From Octopus sinensis (Eukaryota): a stretch of 64,000 nt of DNA. Both the position numbers and the translations under genes were made by a program. Positions 1-13,260 of this stretch are shown piece after piece. The notes under the pieces are model-generated. The model made no database searches. It worked only from the letters and a program-made list of their open reading frames with translations, and was not told where the DNA came from. Numbering within the stretch: position 1 is the first letter of the stretch; each line of letters starts with the position of its first letter. Location: assembly GCF_006345805.1 (NCBI RefSeq), contig NC_043004.1:30380001-30444000 (forward strand), given 5' to 3'.

Positions 1-54
1 CCGCGATCCTCCGACCATGAGTCCGCTGCCCTAACCACTGGGCCATTGCGCCTC
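1..54 (-). mobile_element. tRNA-derived SINE head (family D, same as 18301-18600), cut by window edge
   Basis: Reverse complement GAGGCGCAATGGCCCAGTGGTTAGGGCAGCGGACTC... contains a Pol III A-box and matches the 5' end of the SINE at 18301. Confidence 0.75.
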
Positions 55-59
55 TGCAG

Positions 60-210
60 GTGCTGTTGCCATGGTTGGCATTAGGAAGGGCATCCAGTCA
101 TAGATATTATGCTGCAGCAGACAGAAGAGCTTGGCTCAGCCCTCTGGCTTACCAGCTCCTGTCAAGCCAGCCAATCTATGCCAGTGTGGAAAACAGACAT
201 TAAACGGTGA
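60..210 (+). mobile_element. Family C SINE/RTE-type 3' tail fragment
   Basis: GGCATTAGGAAGGGCATCCAG...GGAAAACAGACATTAAAC; same tail as 20200-20366 and 60360-60505. Confidence 0.65.
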
Positions 211-1653
211 CACTCACACACACACATGCACGCATGCATGCACGCATACACACACACACACATACATAAACATACATATATGTTTGTATGTATGTATATG
301 TATACACAATAATACCTATATGCATGTCTAAAGATATAACTATTTATAACCAGTTACAGTAACTGAGATATCTGAATGGCTGTCGCAGAGTGTCTGCCAT
401 AAAGCTAACATGATACAGATATTGCTCAGCTTTTATTTCATAAAATGAAACAAGCAGAGTAAATTGACCAGGCTAATAGTTCAGTGAGGTGCTACTTTAG
501 GTTGGGTTTGATCTCATTAACTATGTATCAAGTAGCCTGACCTATACTCCTTCATCCATCACACATCTTAGGTTACACATTGACTTCAATAACCACATAG
601 TGTCATTAATACTAAATGGTGTTATTAAACATTCTCTTTATATTTAATATATCCTTTATTATTGGTGTTGTTGTTGTCATCCTAATCATCATTATCATCA
701 CCATCATCATCACCAGCACCACCAGCACCACCACTTTTTATTATAAATGTAAATTTAATTTCATATAATTTGCCACTACTCTTGGTAAAATCCTGCTTGC
801 AAAACCTTTTTATCTATATTCTCACTCCTAAACCTACAGATATTATGGTAAATCAAACACTTCCCCTAACACATCGCTATCTCTGTAGAAAATCATTATG
901 ACCTTCATAAAATTTACCATTTATCAATTTGTTCCGATCATTTGATTATTCTTCATTATGATGCCAAAACTTGAGACATTTCTAAAATACAATATTCCTT
1001 TCTCCAATAGAGCTACACAATAAAACTTCATTTATTGGAGATGGCACCACAGCTATGCAACATATTAAATGTCTGACAATATGCTATCTGCTTTCAAAAC
1101 TCTCATTTAATATACAACAAAAGTATGAGCGTTATATTCTGTATTTATCATATCATCTTCAATTCAATTGGCTATTTCATTTCTTTATACTAAACTTTAC
1201 TTACCTTAAATACTAATCATTAGCTGCAATTGTCCCTTACCATTATTATCTAAACATCATGTTACTAGTTCATTCTTTGACTTATAACAATAAGTGTTTG
1301 TATAAACTTTTAAACTATTGGGTTACTGGAAATATATATATAAATTGAGATGACAAAACATTAACTAAAGAAAAATCTCAAACTTTTCTCTATTTACTCA
1401 GTTGCTTTGAATAAAGTCAGTTATTGTCGATATTATATGAACCGTTCATATCAGTTAGCATTAATGATATGCAAGCATCAGTTCTGATAGTGAAGAATTC
1501 TGTTATAATCCAATATAGCAAGATGTAAGTTGTAGGAACACTCTATTGTAGCAGAGATGGAGATTTATTTCTATTTCATTCAGTAAGCTACATTAAAGAA
1601 GACAGCAAAGTGTAAGTGATGGTGGTGGTAGCAGCAGCAGCAGTAGTAGTAGC

Positions 1654-1696
<43 letters not shown>

Positions 1697-1857
1697 TCAT
1701 TAGTAGAAGGAGATTAAGGACTTAAAAACCTGAGACTATTCAGTTATCATTTAAAATGTGCACAGCAGCGTTATCAATTCTGAATGACATCCACCACTCC
1801 TGCACACATACACACACACACACAGACACACTCATACATACACATGTCCTCCTCCCA

Positions 1858-1918
<61 letters not shown>

Positions 1919-2239
1919 CATACATACACATACATATACACACATACACATATATATATATATATATGTGCATGCATGTATGTATGTAAGTATGTATGTG
2001 TGTATGTATGTGTGTGTGTATATATAAATATATATATATATATATAGAAAGAGAGAGAGAGAGAAACATATATACATATGCATATATGTATATGTGTATA
2101 TATGTGTATGTGTTTATATGTATATATGTACACACACCCATACGCACAAGTAGACAAGTAGACACACATACAATATTTCTGTTTCATTGGAAGCAACAAC
2201 AGAACAATGACTGTTGTGAATGTAATGTTAGTTAAATAT

Positions 2240-2600
2240 CCAGGTGCCTCCATGGCTGCCAATAAGCCGTTCTCTTCAGAATGGTTCTCTAAGCAATCTG
2301 TGGCAGCTGTTTTGGCTAAAACCAAAAAGCTCAGGAAGCCTCACTGATACAAACCAATTGTCCTTTCTTACTAACTATAAATTCTTGCAAACAATGAAAC
2401 GAAACTATAAAACAATGTTTCTCTACAGTAGATATTCAACAGACATTCAAACCAGCACCATCATCACGGCTTCTCTGGCCTTTAGCCTAATGTTTCACAA
2501 ATGCCAGAAAGGAAGGAATAAATCTTTATGACTTTATCCACACAGCCCTACCACAAGCTTCCAAAATAATGTGGTCTTTTAACTGACTATATCCTGCCTC
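2240..2600 (+). pseudogene. Possible degenerate CR1-like LINE ORF2 fragment (linker after endonuclease)
   Basis: Translation KPFSSEWFSKQSVAAVLAK resembles the 'KPxxPWFSxxCAAAI' linker of CR1-group ORF2; stops follow. Confidence 0.3.
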
Positions 2601-2845
2601 TACCGGTTACACATAAAATCTCCCATTTAACAAATTTATTACTTCCCTTTAAGTCACTAAGTCATTAATTATCTCTCTTTCTTACATTTTTTCTTCTTTT
2701 CCATTCTTTATTTTCATTTTCCTTTCCTTTCTTTTCCCTTTCTGGCTTTCTTTCGAAATATCAGTATCTAACTTGCATACATACACAAACACTTACACAC
2801 ACAAACACACACTCATATGTACATGCACACATACAGATGTGCATA

Positions 2846-2896
<51 letters not shown>

Positions 2897-3267
2897 CACA
2901 CACACACACACACACACACACACGTACATCATATTTGCTTGAAACTCATGATTTTCTCCTTTGCTACTCTGATTCTTCATGTGTCCAGTCAAGCAACAAA
3001 AAATTCTAGTAGAACCTTCCAGCATGTATTGAGTAGTCTTCCTCTGTTGTGTATATCTAATCTCTATACATACATGAATACCAATATATATTTACACATG
3101 CACATATACCATATGATACATATTTATTATATCATACCTTGATACTGTGTGGACTAAGATCCCCACTGACAGGCCACTGGTATTTATAGAGAGTTAAACA
3201 CTTTTTGGTATTCATATTAAGGACTCCTTCATAGAGTAACTACTGCATTTATTGAGTATATAAATAG

Positions 3268-3380
3268 TTTGGCTACTTGTTTTTCTGGAGACTGTCAGAA
3301 TGTTGTAGATGCTTCTGATGAGAACCCAATAAGGTTCAAAAATCATCATTTTTTTTTCAGTCTGCAGAGAAATAGCTAAA
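3268..3380 (+). ncRNA. Degenerate hammerhead-ribozyme-like fold
   Basis: CTGATGA (3315-3321), stem II GAACC-caataa-GGTTC, then AAAA in place of GAAA. Enclosed by imperfect inverted arms TTTGGCTA..TTTTTCTGGAGACTG / CAGTCTGCAGAGAAATAGCTAAA. Stem III not resolvable. Confidence 0.5.
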
Positions 3381-3390
3381 ATTTGTCCTC

Positions 3391-3800
3391 TTTTACTCTT
3401 TTACTCTTTTACTTGTTTCAGTCATTTGACTGCGGCCATGCTGGAGCACCGCCTTTAGTCGAGCAAATCGACCCCGGGACTTATTCTTTGTAAGCCCAGT
3501 ACTTATTCCATCGGTCCCTTTTGCCGAACCGCTAAGTGATGGGTACGTAGACACACCAGCATCGGTTGTCAAGCAATGCTAGGGGGACAAACACACACAC
3601 AAACATACACGCACACGTATATATATATATACATATATATGACGGGCTTCTTTCAGTTTCCGTCTACCAAATCCACTCACAAGGCTTTGGTCAGCCCGAG
3701 GCTATAGTAGAAGACATTTGCCCAAGATGCCACGCAGTGGGACTGAACCCGGAACCATGTGGTTGGTTAGCAAGCTACTTACCACACAGCCACTCCTATC
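3391..3800 (-). mobile_element. Full-length tRNA-derived CORE-type SINE (family B)
   Basis: Minus strand: head GGAGTGGCTGTGTGGTAAG..GGGTTCAGTCCC, CORE-like CTTGGGCAAAT, internal (TA)/(TG) microsatellite, (AAAAGAGT)n tail. Confidence 0.85.
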
Positions 3801-4069
3801 ATATATATATATATATTTCGTTTTTGGATTTGGTTTGCAAGATTCTTTATATGAGTTCGTGTGTTGAAGCATATTCTGTTGTGTCTGGGGAGAGTCATTT
3901 TCTTTTTGTGCCTTATAATATAACACACTCATCGGTAAAATTTCCACTTTTTTCTTATTTTCATTTTTCTAAAATTTTCGTAGTGTCTTGCAACCTTTTC
4001 AATAGTTTGAAAGACGCAATGAAAATTTTAGGAAAATAAAAATAAGAAAGAAGTGGAAATTTTACCTCT

Positions 4070-4870
4070 TTTGCCATAGCTACGAGACAGTGAAAAGCTG
4101 CCTGCCCTTCATTGTCAAAGGTAGAAGGTGGGGGTGATCTTCTTGATGGACTCAGACAATAGCCAGATCTGTCCTACATGTGACAATTACTGTTTGACTA
4201 AGCTCTGCAAGAGCATGCAGAATGGTTTCATCACTCTGTTTGCATCACAGACAAGCCTGTCTGACTACACACCCATGCCTGAAGAGCTTATCACAAACCA
4301 GCAGAGGGATTTCAGGAAGTTACCAATAGGCCCTGGCCTGAAAGTCCTCTTGAAAAGACCAGTCAGTTGATCCCTCCCAACATCCAGAACCTCTCCGAGA
4401 ACATCATCACTCTTGCCCTCCACTAATCCCCTATAGATCTCCAAGGTGCCTGACTGGCCGAGGGTTGTGAGTGGTTAGAGACACTCTAGGTGCCAAGTGC
4501 CCTGCCTTGGTCATTGCCTGATCCAACGGGTGCTGATAGCAAATGGACTGTCTGACAAGCAGTACCTGTCCCTTCCACAGGATGCAAAAGAGCAAGTGTA
4601 CTAGCCTATTCAGCCACGAAGTGGGACAAGGGATGACAGTCAGGTGGTAGTATATGACAGATGTGATATATGCATTCACCACTTTTCAGAGACAGCTTCT
4701 TCTTGGTCCATTTCTAGGTGAGACTGGCCACCCTGTCTGTCACCTCACACCAGTTCTTGTTCACTTCGAGGTCTGGACTGAACCAGACACCGAGCAAATT
4801 GACCAGTTCTTCTGTCCAGCACCCACAACACTGTCAGTCAGCAAGGAACTGCCTATCCAAGCATGCTGCC
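4070..4870 (-). pseudogene. L1/Tx1-like LINE ORF2 fragment (C-terminal to RT core)
   Basis: Track ORF 4431-4682 VNAYITSVIYYHLTVIPCP..LLFCILWKGQ..VRQSICYQHP resembles the L1/Tx1 post-RT region; frameshifted. Confidence 0.6.
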
Positions 4871-4885
4871 TTAATAATAATAATG

Positions 4886-4946
<61 letters not shown>

Positions 4947-4947
4947 T

Positions 4948-5445
4948 ATGTAGTGGAGATGGCTAAGAAGGAATATATACACAGACATGACAGAGTTGGG
5001 ATCTATATACATTGGAAGCTATACCAACACTTTGGAATAACAACAGAAAAAGATGGTATAGGCACACACCAGAAAAGGTCACAGAAAATGAGAAAACAAC
5101 CATACTCTGGCATATGGTAATACACACAGACAGAGAAATCAAAGAAATAGGCTGGGTATAGTTGTCAGATATCACCATGGAAAAAAAAAAGCTTTCTAAT
5201 CGATGTATGATAAAATCGATTAGGTATAATAAAAAAAAACATTCAGACAAATAAAAACACCAAGACTTACAAGTATATATAACATACAGAAAATAGCACT
5301 ACTAGGTACTGCACACATCCTACGTAAAACACTTTCAATACAGTGAAAATAAGAGCACCACAACAACTCACAGCACATACCCAAGGTGCATGGAGCTGCG
5401 CTTGGTAGTGCAGTGAAAGCATGTGATAACAATAAGACTACTGAA
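4948..5445 (+). mobile_element. R4/Dong-like non-LTR retrotransposon 3' end (restriction-like endonuclease region), inside (TAA)n
   Basis: From 4959: MAKKEYIHRHDRVGIYIHWKL..WYRHTPEKVTENEKTTILW..IHTDREI; terminal IQKIALLGTAHILRKTLSIQ*; (TAA)n on both sides. Confidence 0.85.
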
Positions 5446-5456
5446 TAATAATAGTA

Positions 5457-5536
<80 letters not shown>

Positions 5537-5539
<3 letters not shown>

Positions 5540-5915
5540 CCTTTCTACTATAGGCGTGAGGCCTGGATTTTATAGGGAGGAAGACAGTCGATCACATTGG
5601 CCCTAGTACTCCACCGGTACTTAATTTATCGACTCCAAAAGGATGAAAGGCAAAGTTTAGTTCGGCAGAATTTGAACTCAGAATGTTGCAACAGGCAAAA
5701 TACTGCTAAGCATTCCATCCAGCATGCTAACAATTTTGCCAGCTCACTGCCTTCTATAATAATAATGGTTTGAAATTTTGGCACGATGTTTGAAATTTTG
5801 GGAGAGGTGGTTAGTTGATTACATCATCCCCAGTGTATAACTGGTACTTTGGAATTTGAACTTAGCAAGTTGCTAAGCATTTTATCTGGCATGCAAACTG
5901 TTCTGCCAGCTCCCC
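5537..5915 (-). mobile_element. Two adjacent family A SINE copies
   Basis: Reverse complement of GGCAGTGAGCTGGCA..GAGTTCAAATTC..CTTTGCCTTTCATCC..TAGTAGAAAGGATTATT; second copy internally deleted. Confidence 0.75.
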
Positions 5916-6470
5916 CACATTAATAAGAAAAATAATAATCAATTAGAAGAGCATGATACAATTTGTAATAAATGAAAGATTGAATCTGCTTATTGAATTG
6001 AACAGTATTTGGACAATATGTCTGCCTTCTTCAGGTTCAAAAATGAAAAATGAAGAAAAAAAAAACCCCAAAAAGCCCGCAGAAATACAAAAAGAAGAGA
6101 GGAAAAAGGAAAGCAGGAAAGAGAAGACTTAGTTTAAAAGTTTTTGTGTGAATGTAATGGAATTCTTTTATTTTGTTCATTCCTGCATGGTGCGACATTA
6201 GAATTTGTTTACTCATATATTTGTTTCAGTCACTAGGTTGCAGCCATGCTGGAGCACTGCCTTGAAGAATTTTAGTTGAATGAATTGACTCCAGCACTTA
6301 TAAGCCTGGTGCTTATTCTATTGGACTCTTTTGCTGAACTGCTAAGTTACAGGTTCATAGACACACCAACGCTGGTTGTCAAGCATATATATATATACAT
6401 ATATATATCATTGTTTAGTGTTCACTTTCCATGCTAGCATGGGTGTATATATATATATACACACAACACA

Positions 6471-6510
<40 letters not shown>

Positions 6511-7117
6511 TTATATATATATATATAGTATATTTGTCACCTAAATGTGGCAGATCCATAGGAGATGACATTAGTGTTGTTTATAGCCCCAGGAAGACAT
6601 CTCCTCCAGCTGGCTAATGACACACTATTTGTGTCTGATTAGTATTTGCAAAGGGAAATCATTATTCCCATCTCTAGCCTTAGAGATTTATTATTTAGGT
6701 GGCAAATATACTTCACGATTCTATGCTGCTACTGTTTACTTCTCCCTCAGAGATTTATTATATATATATCTTAATATTTTGCTTAGACACAGCAAGACTG
6801 GTGTAACCTCATGTAGAACTCAATATATGTATGGTACAGAACACAATGTCAAATGAGTACAGAATGGTAATAGAAAACAAAGAGATGACAGTGGACAAGC
6901 CAAATGTTATGTTTTTTTAGGGTTATCTCTCATATATAAATATATATATACTTGCTTGGAAGAGGATGCGTGGTGTTCAATCATATAATAATATAAGGTG
7001 GACAGAAAGTGTAGAATTTGAACTCAGGACATAAAGCTGGAAGAAATGTTGCTAAGCATTTTGTCAAGTGTGCTAATGGTTCTGCCAGCTTACTACCTTA
7101 CTACCACCACCACCATC

Positions 7118-7195
<78 letters not shown>

Positions 7196-7212
7196 TAACA
7201 ATAATGATGATG

Positions 7213-7244
<32 letters not shown>

Positions 7245-7245
<1 letters not shown>

Positions 7246-7790
7246 GTACCAGGCAGTGGCTCTTATGGCATCTGATCTTAACTGATTGGAAGTGTTATCA
7301 TGTACATTGTTTTGTCTTGGTATAAAAGATGGGCTACAGCAAATATTCTGCTCAATACCACAGATTTGCTTGTCAGTTGTTTGACCTTAACCAGTTGAGC
7401 ATGTCCCTTAGTGGCTGACGATATGTGCATCTCTGATCACGAGCAGAAGTAGTGGGGGAGCATCATGGCCAGTGCTGAGAGGGATTCTTTGGGGTTTGAA
7501 TAGTTCACCTCTGGAAACATGGGTGGTTCTTTCAACATCCTTAAACAAACCTTATTCAGGGACCGTTTGAGCGGGATGGGCTACTCAACCTGAAGAAAAT
7601 TCTAACTGGGCCCCACCTGCAAGGTCATGTGCTGTTTATCTTGATATGAGATCACCATGTCGCGCACATATGGTTGTGATGCATGTGCCTGGTGTACCTT
7701 TATCAGACGGGTAGTCATGATGGGTATATTGGGCTTCGTATATTTTACCCCAGTGTCACTTTGATGGCATGAACTGCTCTCTCACTCAAT
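7245..7790. mobile_element. ~550-bp interspersed repeat embedded in (TAA)n; copy 1
   Basis: Colinear and highly similar to 40236-40798; microsatellite on both flanks. Confidence 0.85.
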
Positions 7791-8117
7791 AATAATAATA
7801 ATAATATTGAGAAGAGCATTGTCGATGTGAGAACTGTTGCTGCTCATGTATTTTAATTTAACTTTAAAAAAAAATGTTAAAAATTAAAAAATGAACGAAC
7901 TACTGAGTTTGGTTTAATGGCCTACCAATGTATACTATGAGTTTCTTTGTCCTAGGAGTCAGGAAGACACTCGGCAAGAAATGGAAGCAAATTTGAAAGA
8001 AGAAGAAAAAAAAAAAAAAAAAATAATAATAATAATAATGATAATAATAATAATAACTAGAAATCTTTTATCACAAGTCATGAAGCTAATTCCTATCATG
8101 GACATCAGAAGTATCAG

Positions 8118-8401
8118 TTCTGGAGAAGTCAGTATTAATTGTGGAAGCTCCCAAGTACACTCATTATTTCCTTTGTTATTTTGTTTACCAATGTTTCTAC
8201 CTGAATGAAACAAATTATGGATATAAAGTGTATGAAAAATCCATCAACCATCCATAAAGAAAGTTGAAATTTTTTTTGTGAAAAATAATCAATGACTGGC
8301 CATGCATGCCTTCATTGGTCCGCAGGGTACACACTGATGTAATTGTTGGTGTTTGAACAAATTTGGCCTTAAAGCAAGCATTTTCCCCATGGCAACCTAT
8401 A
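8118..8401. repeat. Two-part segment (A 8118-8250, B 8288-8401) duplicated at 9519-9778
   Basis: A is repeated directly at 9519-9663 and B inverted at 9664-9778; track ORFs 8215-8496(-) and 9618-9863(+) share GCHG..QT.TITS..TL.TNE.MHGQSLI. Confidence 0.85.
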
Positions 8402-8865
8402 ATGAAAATGGCCTTTAAAGAAGTCAAATATGTCTTAAACATGTATGAATTGATGTAAAAGTTTTTATTCATACATATTGATACACAAACACACACACAT
8501 GCACAAGCATATTTACAAATATAAATCTATATTTATATCACATCTGTGTGTGGTGTGTGAGTGTGTGAGTGTCTGTGTGTGTGCTCGCACATGCATGTAC
8601 ATGTGTATGTGTCTCATCATCATCATTTAACGTTTTGGAATGGTTTCTGTGGCTTGATGCCCTTCCAATGCAAACCACTTTACAGAGTGTACTTGGTGCA
8701 TTTTATATGGCATCAACACCAGTGCTTCATATGTGACACCGGCATGGGTGCTTTTTATGTGGTACCAGCATGAGTTGTTTTTACATGGCACCAGCACCTG
8801 TGAGCTCACAAGACAAGGACTTCTTGGCTAAGAGAAGGAGTGGAACCAAGAGATTAGAGTATAAC

Positions 8866-9098
8866 TGTTTCTTTATTACCCACAAGGCGCTAAACATAAA
8901 GGGGAAAAACAAGGACAGACAAACGGATTAAGTCGATTACATCGACCCCAGTGTGTAACTGGTACTTAATTTATCTACTCCAAAAGGATGAAAGGCAAAG
9001 TCAACCTCAGTGGAATTTGAACTCAGAACATAACAGCAGACGAAATACGGCTACGCATTTTGCCCAGCGTGTTAATGGTCTGCCAGCTCTCCGCCTTC
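8866..9098 (-). mobile_element. Family A SINE with 15-bp target-site duplication
   Basis: AGATTAGAGTATAAC at 8851-8865 and 9099-9113 flanks a full copy matching 23454-23684. Confidence 0.9.
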
Positions 9099-10078
9099 AG
9101 ATTAGAGTATAACAGAGCTAGACTTCTTACTATCAAGGAAATACCTCTGTAAGACAAAGAAGGAGAGGAAGTGGGAGGGAGTAAGAGAGAGAGAGAGAGT
9201 GAGAGAGAGATTGAGAGAAAGAGAGAGTGGGCCTACCCATAGGGAACAGTGTGGGTAGTCTAAGTAGTACAGATGAGATAGAGGGAGACGTTACATAACA
9301 GTGTGACAGAAGCTGTTTAGAGATAGCAGAGATAGCAAGTGATGTTGAGAGGAATTGGGATGTCTGAGAAGTAGGTACGGTAAATATGTAGCTAGTGAGG
9401 ATGAGAGGAATTGACAGTGGCTGGGATTGGGTATGACAGATATATGAGGGCATGGTTAATGCACAGATAGCCATGTGAGGTGGAATGGTTGAGCCCGCAG
9501 GGTTGGTGGTGATGGAAATTCTGGAGAAGTCAGTATTAATTGTGGAAGCTCCCAAGTACACTCATTATTTGCTTTGTTATTTTGTTTACCACTGTTTCCA
9601 CCTAAGAAATCTCCTGAATGAAACAAATTAGGGATATAAAGTGTATGAAAAATCCATCAACCAATGTGGGTTGCCATGGGAAAAATGCTTTCTTTAAGAC
9701 CAAAGTTGTTCAAACATCAACAATAACATCAGAATATACCCTGCAGACCAATGAATGTATGCATGGCCAGTCATTGATAGAAGACAGAATTGTATGTGTG
9801 TGTGTGTGTGTGTGTGTGATAAAAGACATGCTTGTGGGTCTTAATAGCGACGGTTTTTCTTAGTTTTTTTTTTTTAAATCTGGTACTTATTCTATCAGTA
9901 TCTTTTGCCAAACTGCTAAATTACAGGGACATAGACATGCCTATACTGGTTGTCAAGTGGTGATAGGAGGCAAACACAGACACAAAGACAAATGCACACA
10001 CACAAGTTTCTTACACACACACAAACTTCTTACCACACCAGTATATATACATACACACACACACATATATATATATAC

Positions 10079-10111
<33 letters not shown>

Positions 10112-10855
10112 TGTATGTATTAATGGGATGTATAAATAAAATGCTTGAATAAAGGAATCTGCAAGTTAATAAACGTGAGTGAGTTTGTTATAACCTTTAT
10201 TAAATGTTTCCATGTTCTACTTAGATTCTCTTTTGTGTTCTGCTTCAAAGAGAAATGATATAAAATGGTAGATAAAGAGGAAGTTAGAAGTGGTGGTGGG
10301 AAGAGGGGGGGGGGCATATACCAATAGAAGTGGTGAGATGAAAAAGACTAAAACCTTGATGGAAGACACAAAACAATGCAAGAGGACAGGAGAATTGAAG
10401 AGAAATCATCTAAATACAAATTATTGTGGGGAGGGAGTAATTTGAAGAGCTTGTTGTTATTGAGTTATGTCCCTTTATGTTTTGTGTTTGAATCACGCCA
10501 AAGTTGACTTTTACCTTTCATCTTTGTTATTGAATGTTGTGCAAAGGTGGTGTGCTAGCAGAATCATTAGTGCTTCTGATATATTAGAGGCACTTTTCCC
10601 AGCTTTCTATGTTCTGAGCTCAAATCCTGCCGAAGTCATTTTTGGGTTTTTTTCCTTTCAAGGGTACCAGTGAAATACTTGAATTGATGTAACTGACTTG
10701 CTTCCTCCTCCTAATAATTATTGGCATGAGCCAAAAGTAGAAATAATTATTGTATGATGTGGAGAGGAAGTAATTTGAATGTCCTTGTTCGTATTGAGTT
10801 ATGTCCCTTTATGCTTAGTGTTGGAATCCTACCAATGTTGACATTTCCCTTCATA

Positions 10856-11138
10856 AGGAAAAGGGAAAGATGGCTGCTTATAAATGCCAAAACCTTCCAA
10901 GGCGAAGAATGTACCCCGCAACATAGACTGGTAGTTAATGACTTTAGGATCAGGACTAAGAGGACGACCAGAAGAAGACCAACATGGAGAAGAAGGATCT
11001 GGAAGCTTAAAGATCCTGCGAATGGACAGAATTTAGGGACATATTACTTGAAGCCTTTGACGAAGTAGAAGGGGATAGAGCTTCATATGGGGTAGAAGAC
11101 AACTGGACGTTTTTAAGGGACAACCTGCTGAGAGCCAC
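10856..11138 (+). pseudogene. RTE-clade LINE fragment (endonuclease C-terminus/linker)
   Basis: RKRERWLLINAKTFQGEECTPQHRLVVNDFRI..RIWKLKD, matching the RTE 'GE....QHRLVV.D' and 'WKLK' motifs. Confidence 0.8.
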
Positions 11139-12959
11139 TTTCCATACCCTCTTTTAACTTTTTAAAGTTAGTTGTAGCATGCCTGAGCTCTACATAGAAT
11201 AAGCTCATTATTATTAGTTTCAAATTTTTGCACAAGGCCAGCAATTTCAGGGAGGGCTAAGTTGATTACATTGACCCCAGTGCTCAACTGGATAGATGAA
11301 ATGTGAAGTTTAACCCAGCGGAATTTGAACTCAGAATGTAAAGGTGGATGTATTACCCAGTATGCTAATGATTATTGAAAAATATTTCCATAAACCAAAA
11401 TTTATAAGCAGTAAGGGAGAATCTAATCATATCAGTATTGTTATATTGTTATATTTACTGAAGACTATGTTTTGAAGGTTATGTGTACTATATTTTTACC
11501 ACAGTTGTTTATTACTGGCAGCATTTTGTTATTGAATTTTGCATCATGGAAAAACTTGAAAAGAAAAAACTTGAAAATTACTATGCATCATTTGAAATAA
11601 TTGTCGAGAAGCTGTTGCTAATGTTTTCTGAAATTAACGAAATTGTTAGTAGTAGTTATAGTTATGCACTAGTTGGTAGGTGACTAGCACTGGTAGGTGT
11701 GGTATGATCACCATGGTGTCACATATATAATCTTTGGACAATAAAAGCTAAAGAGCATAATGTTGTGTTCCACAATTATGCCCAGCAGTAAACAACCAGA
11801 CAGCTGACCATTGTCTGGGGATTTCACTCAACAACTATCATGAGAAATCTGATTTTTTGCTCACCTATAATGTCTAATAACAGGTGTTTAGTATGTAGCT
11901 GATGGGCACTGTCTGATTATCTGGATAGAAATTTGATAAAGTATAAAAAATATTTTGTTAAGATTTACATTTTCAAGAGGGTATGCGGGTATTATGATAC
12001 AGCTCATGGAGTGACGACCATGCCCTGCATAGTTATGGGTTGAGCTTTGGCAAGGTGTAGCAATTGTTCAGCCACCCTGCGAGGGATGTGGCAAAGTCAT
12101 AGGACTGCTGAATGGCAGATTGGGAAGAGGCATTAGAAGAGCTCAGCTGAGCCAATGGCACTTCTTACATTGATGCTGAGTGGAAAAATCCTTGAAGATC
12201 AACAATCAGGATCACCAAGCTTTATCAAGAGAGGGACTGCAACACATCCATGGGGATGGTATCCGTGGTTGTGTAATCAGCTCATAAAAGATTCATTATC
12301 ATTCACGCTCTCAATTCAAATTCACAATAATGGAATTGGATGGTGACAGAGTCATAGGAATCCACAAGAGTGGAGCAACCAAAGAAGAGAGAGAGAGAGA
12401 GTGAGAGAGAGATCTTCAAAATCAAGGTGTGTCTTCCAAGATGCAGCATCTATCATACCACAAAATATAGTAATTGCAATTTGGAATTATGGGATCAAAA
12501 AACAATTTGGTTTTGTCTTCATATTTTTCTCTCTTTTGAAGGAATATGAGAGAGGCAGCAGAGTATGAGAAGTATGAAGAGTTTTAAGAAAACAAAGAGA
12601 GGCTTTGGAATGTCAAAGTAATATCAAAATTTAATAATGAATTAACAGAAATTTTTTCATGATTCAATCGAATTTGATTTGAGTTTGAATTTCAATTTTA
12701 GTTGTTAAGATATATTTTTTTTCATTCAACTCCTGCACACGCAATTTGATTTTTATTTATAGAAGAAGCTGTTCAGATATTTATCTAATTGAAATTGCAA
12801 ACTGGAATAAAACATGCACACGCATACATACATATACACAGATATATACACACACATACATACATGTGTGCACACATTGACATACACATATATTAACAAA
12901 CATGCACATTTACATACATTTATATATATACATATATATATATACATGTGTGTGTATAC

Positions 12960-12990
<31 letters not shown>

Positions 12991-13013
12991 ACACACACAC
13001 ACATATATGTATG

Positions 13014-13047
<34 letters not shown>

Positions 13048-13216
13048 TGTATGTAGCTATGTGTATGTATACATACATATGTATGTGAATGTGTGTGTAC
13101 ACATAAACACACACTCGCACACATAAAGAGAAGAAAATCTTTAATCAAAATTCTGACCTCTGATTCGGTTAAGAATAAAATCAAAATAAAGAATATAGAA
13201 AAAGGAAAGAAAGAAA

Positions 13217-13260
<44 letters not shown>

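Noticed and set aside
1740-1801. Possible minus-strand terminal exon (tgtgcag|[19 protein letters not shown])
   Set aside because: No polypyrimidine tract, no recognisable homology and no partner exons
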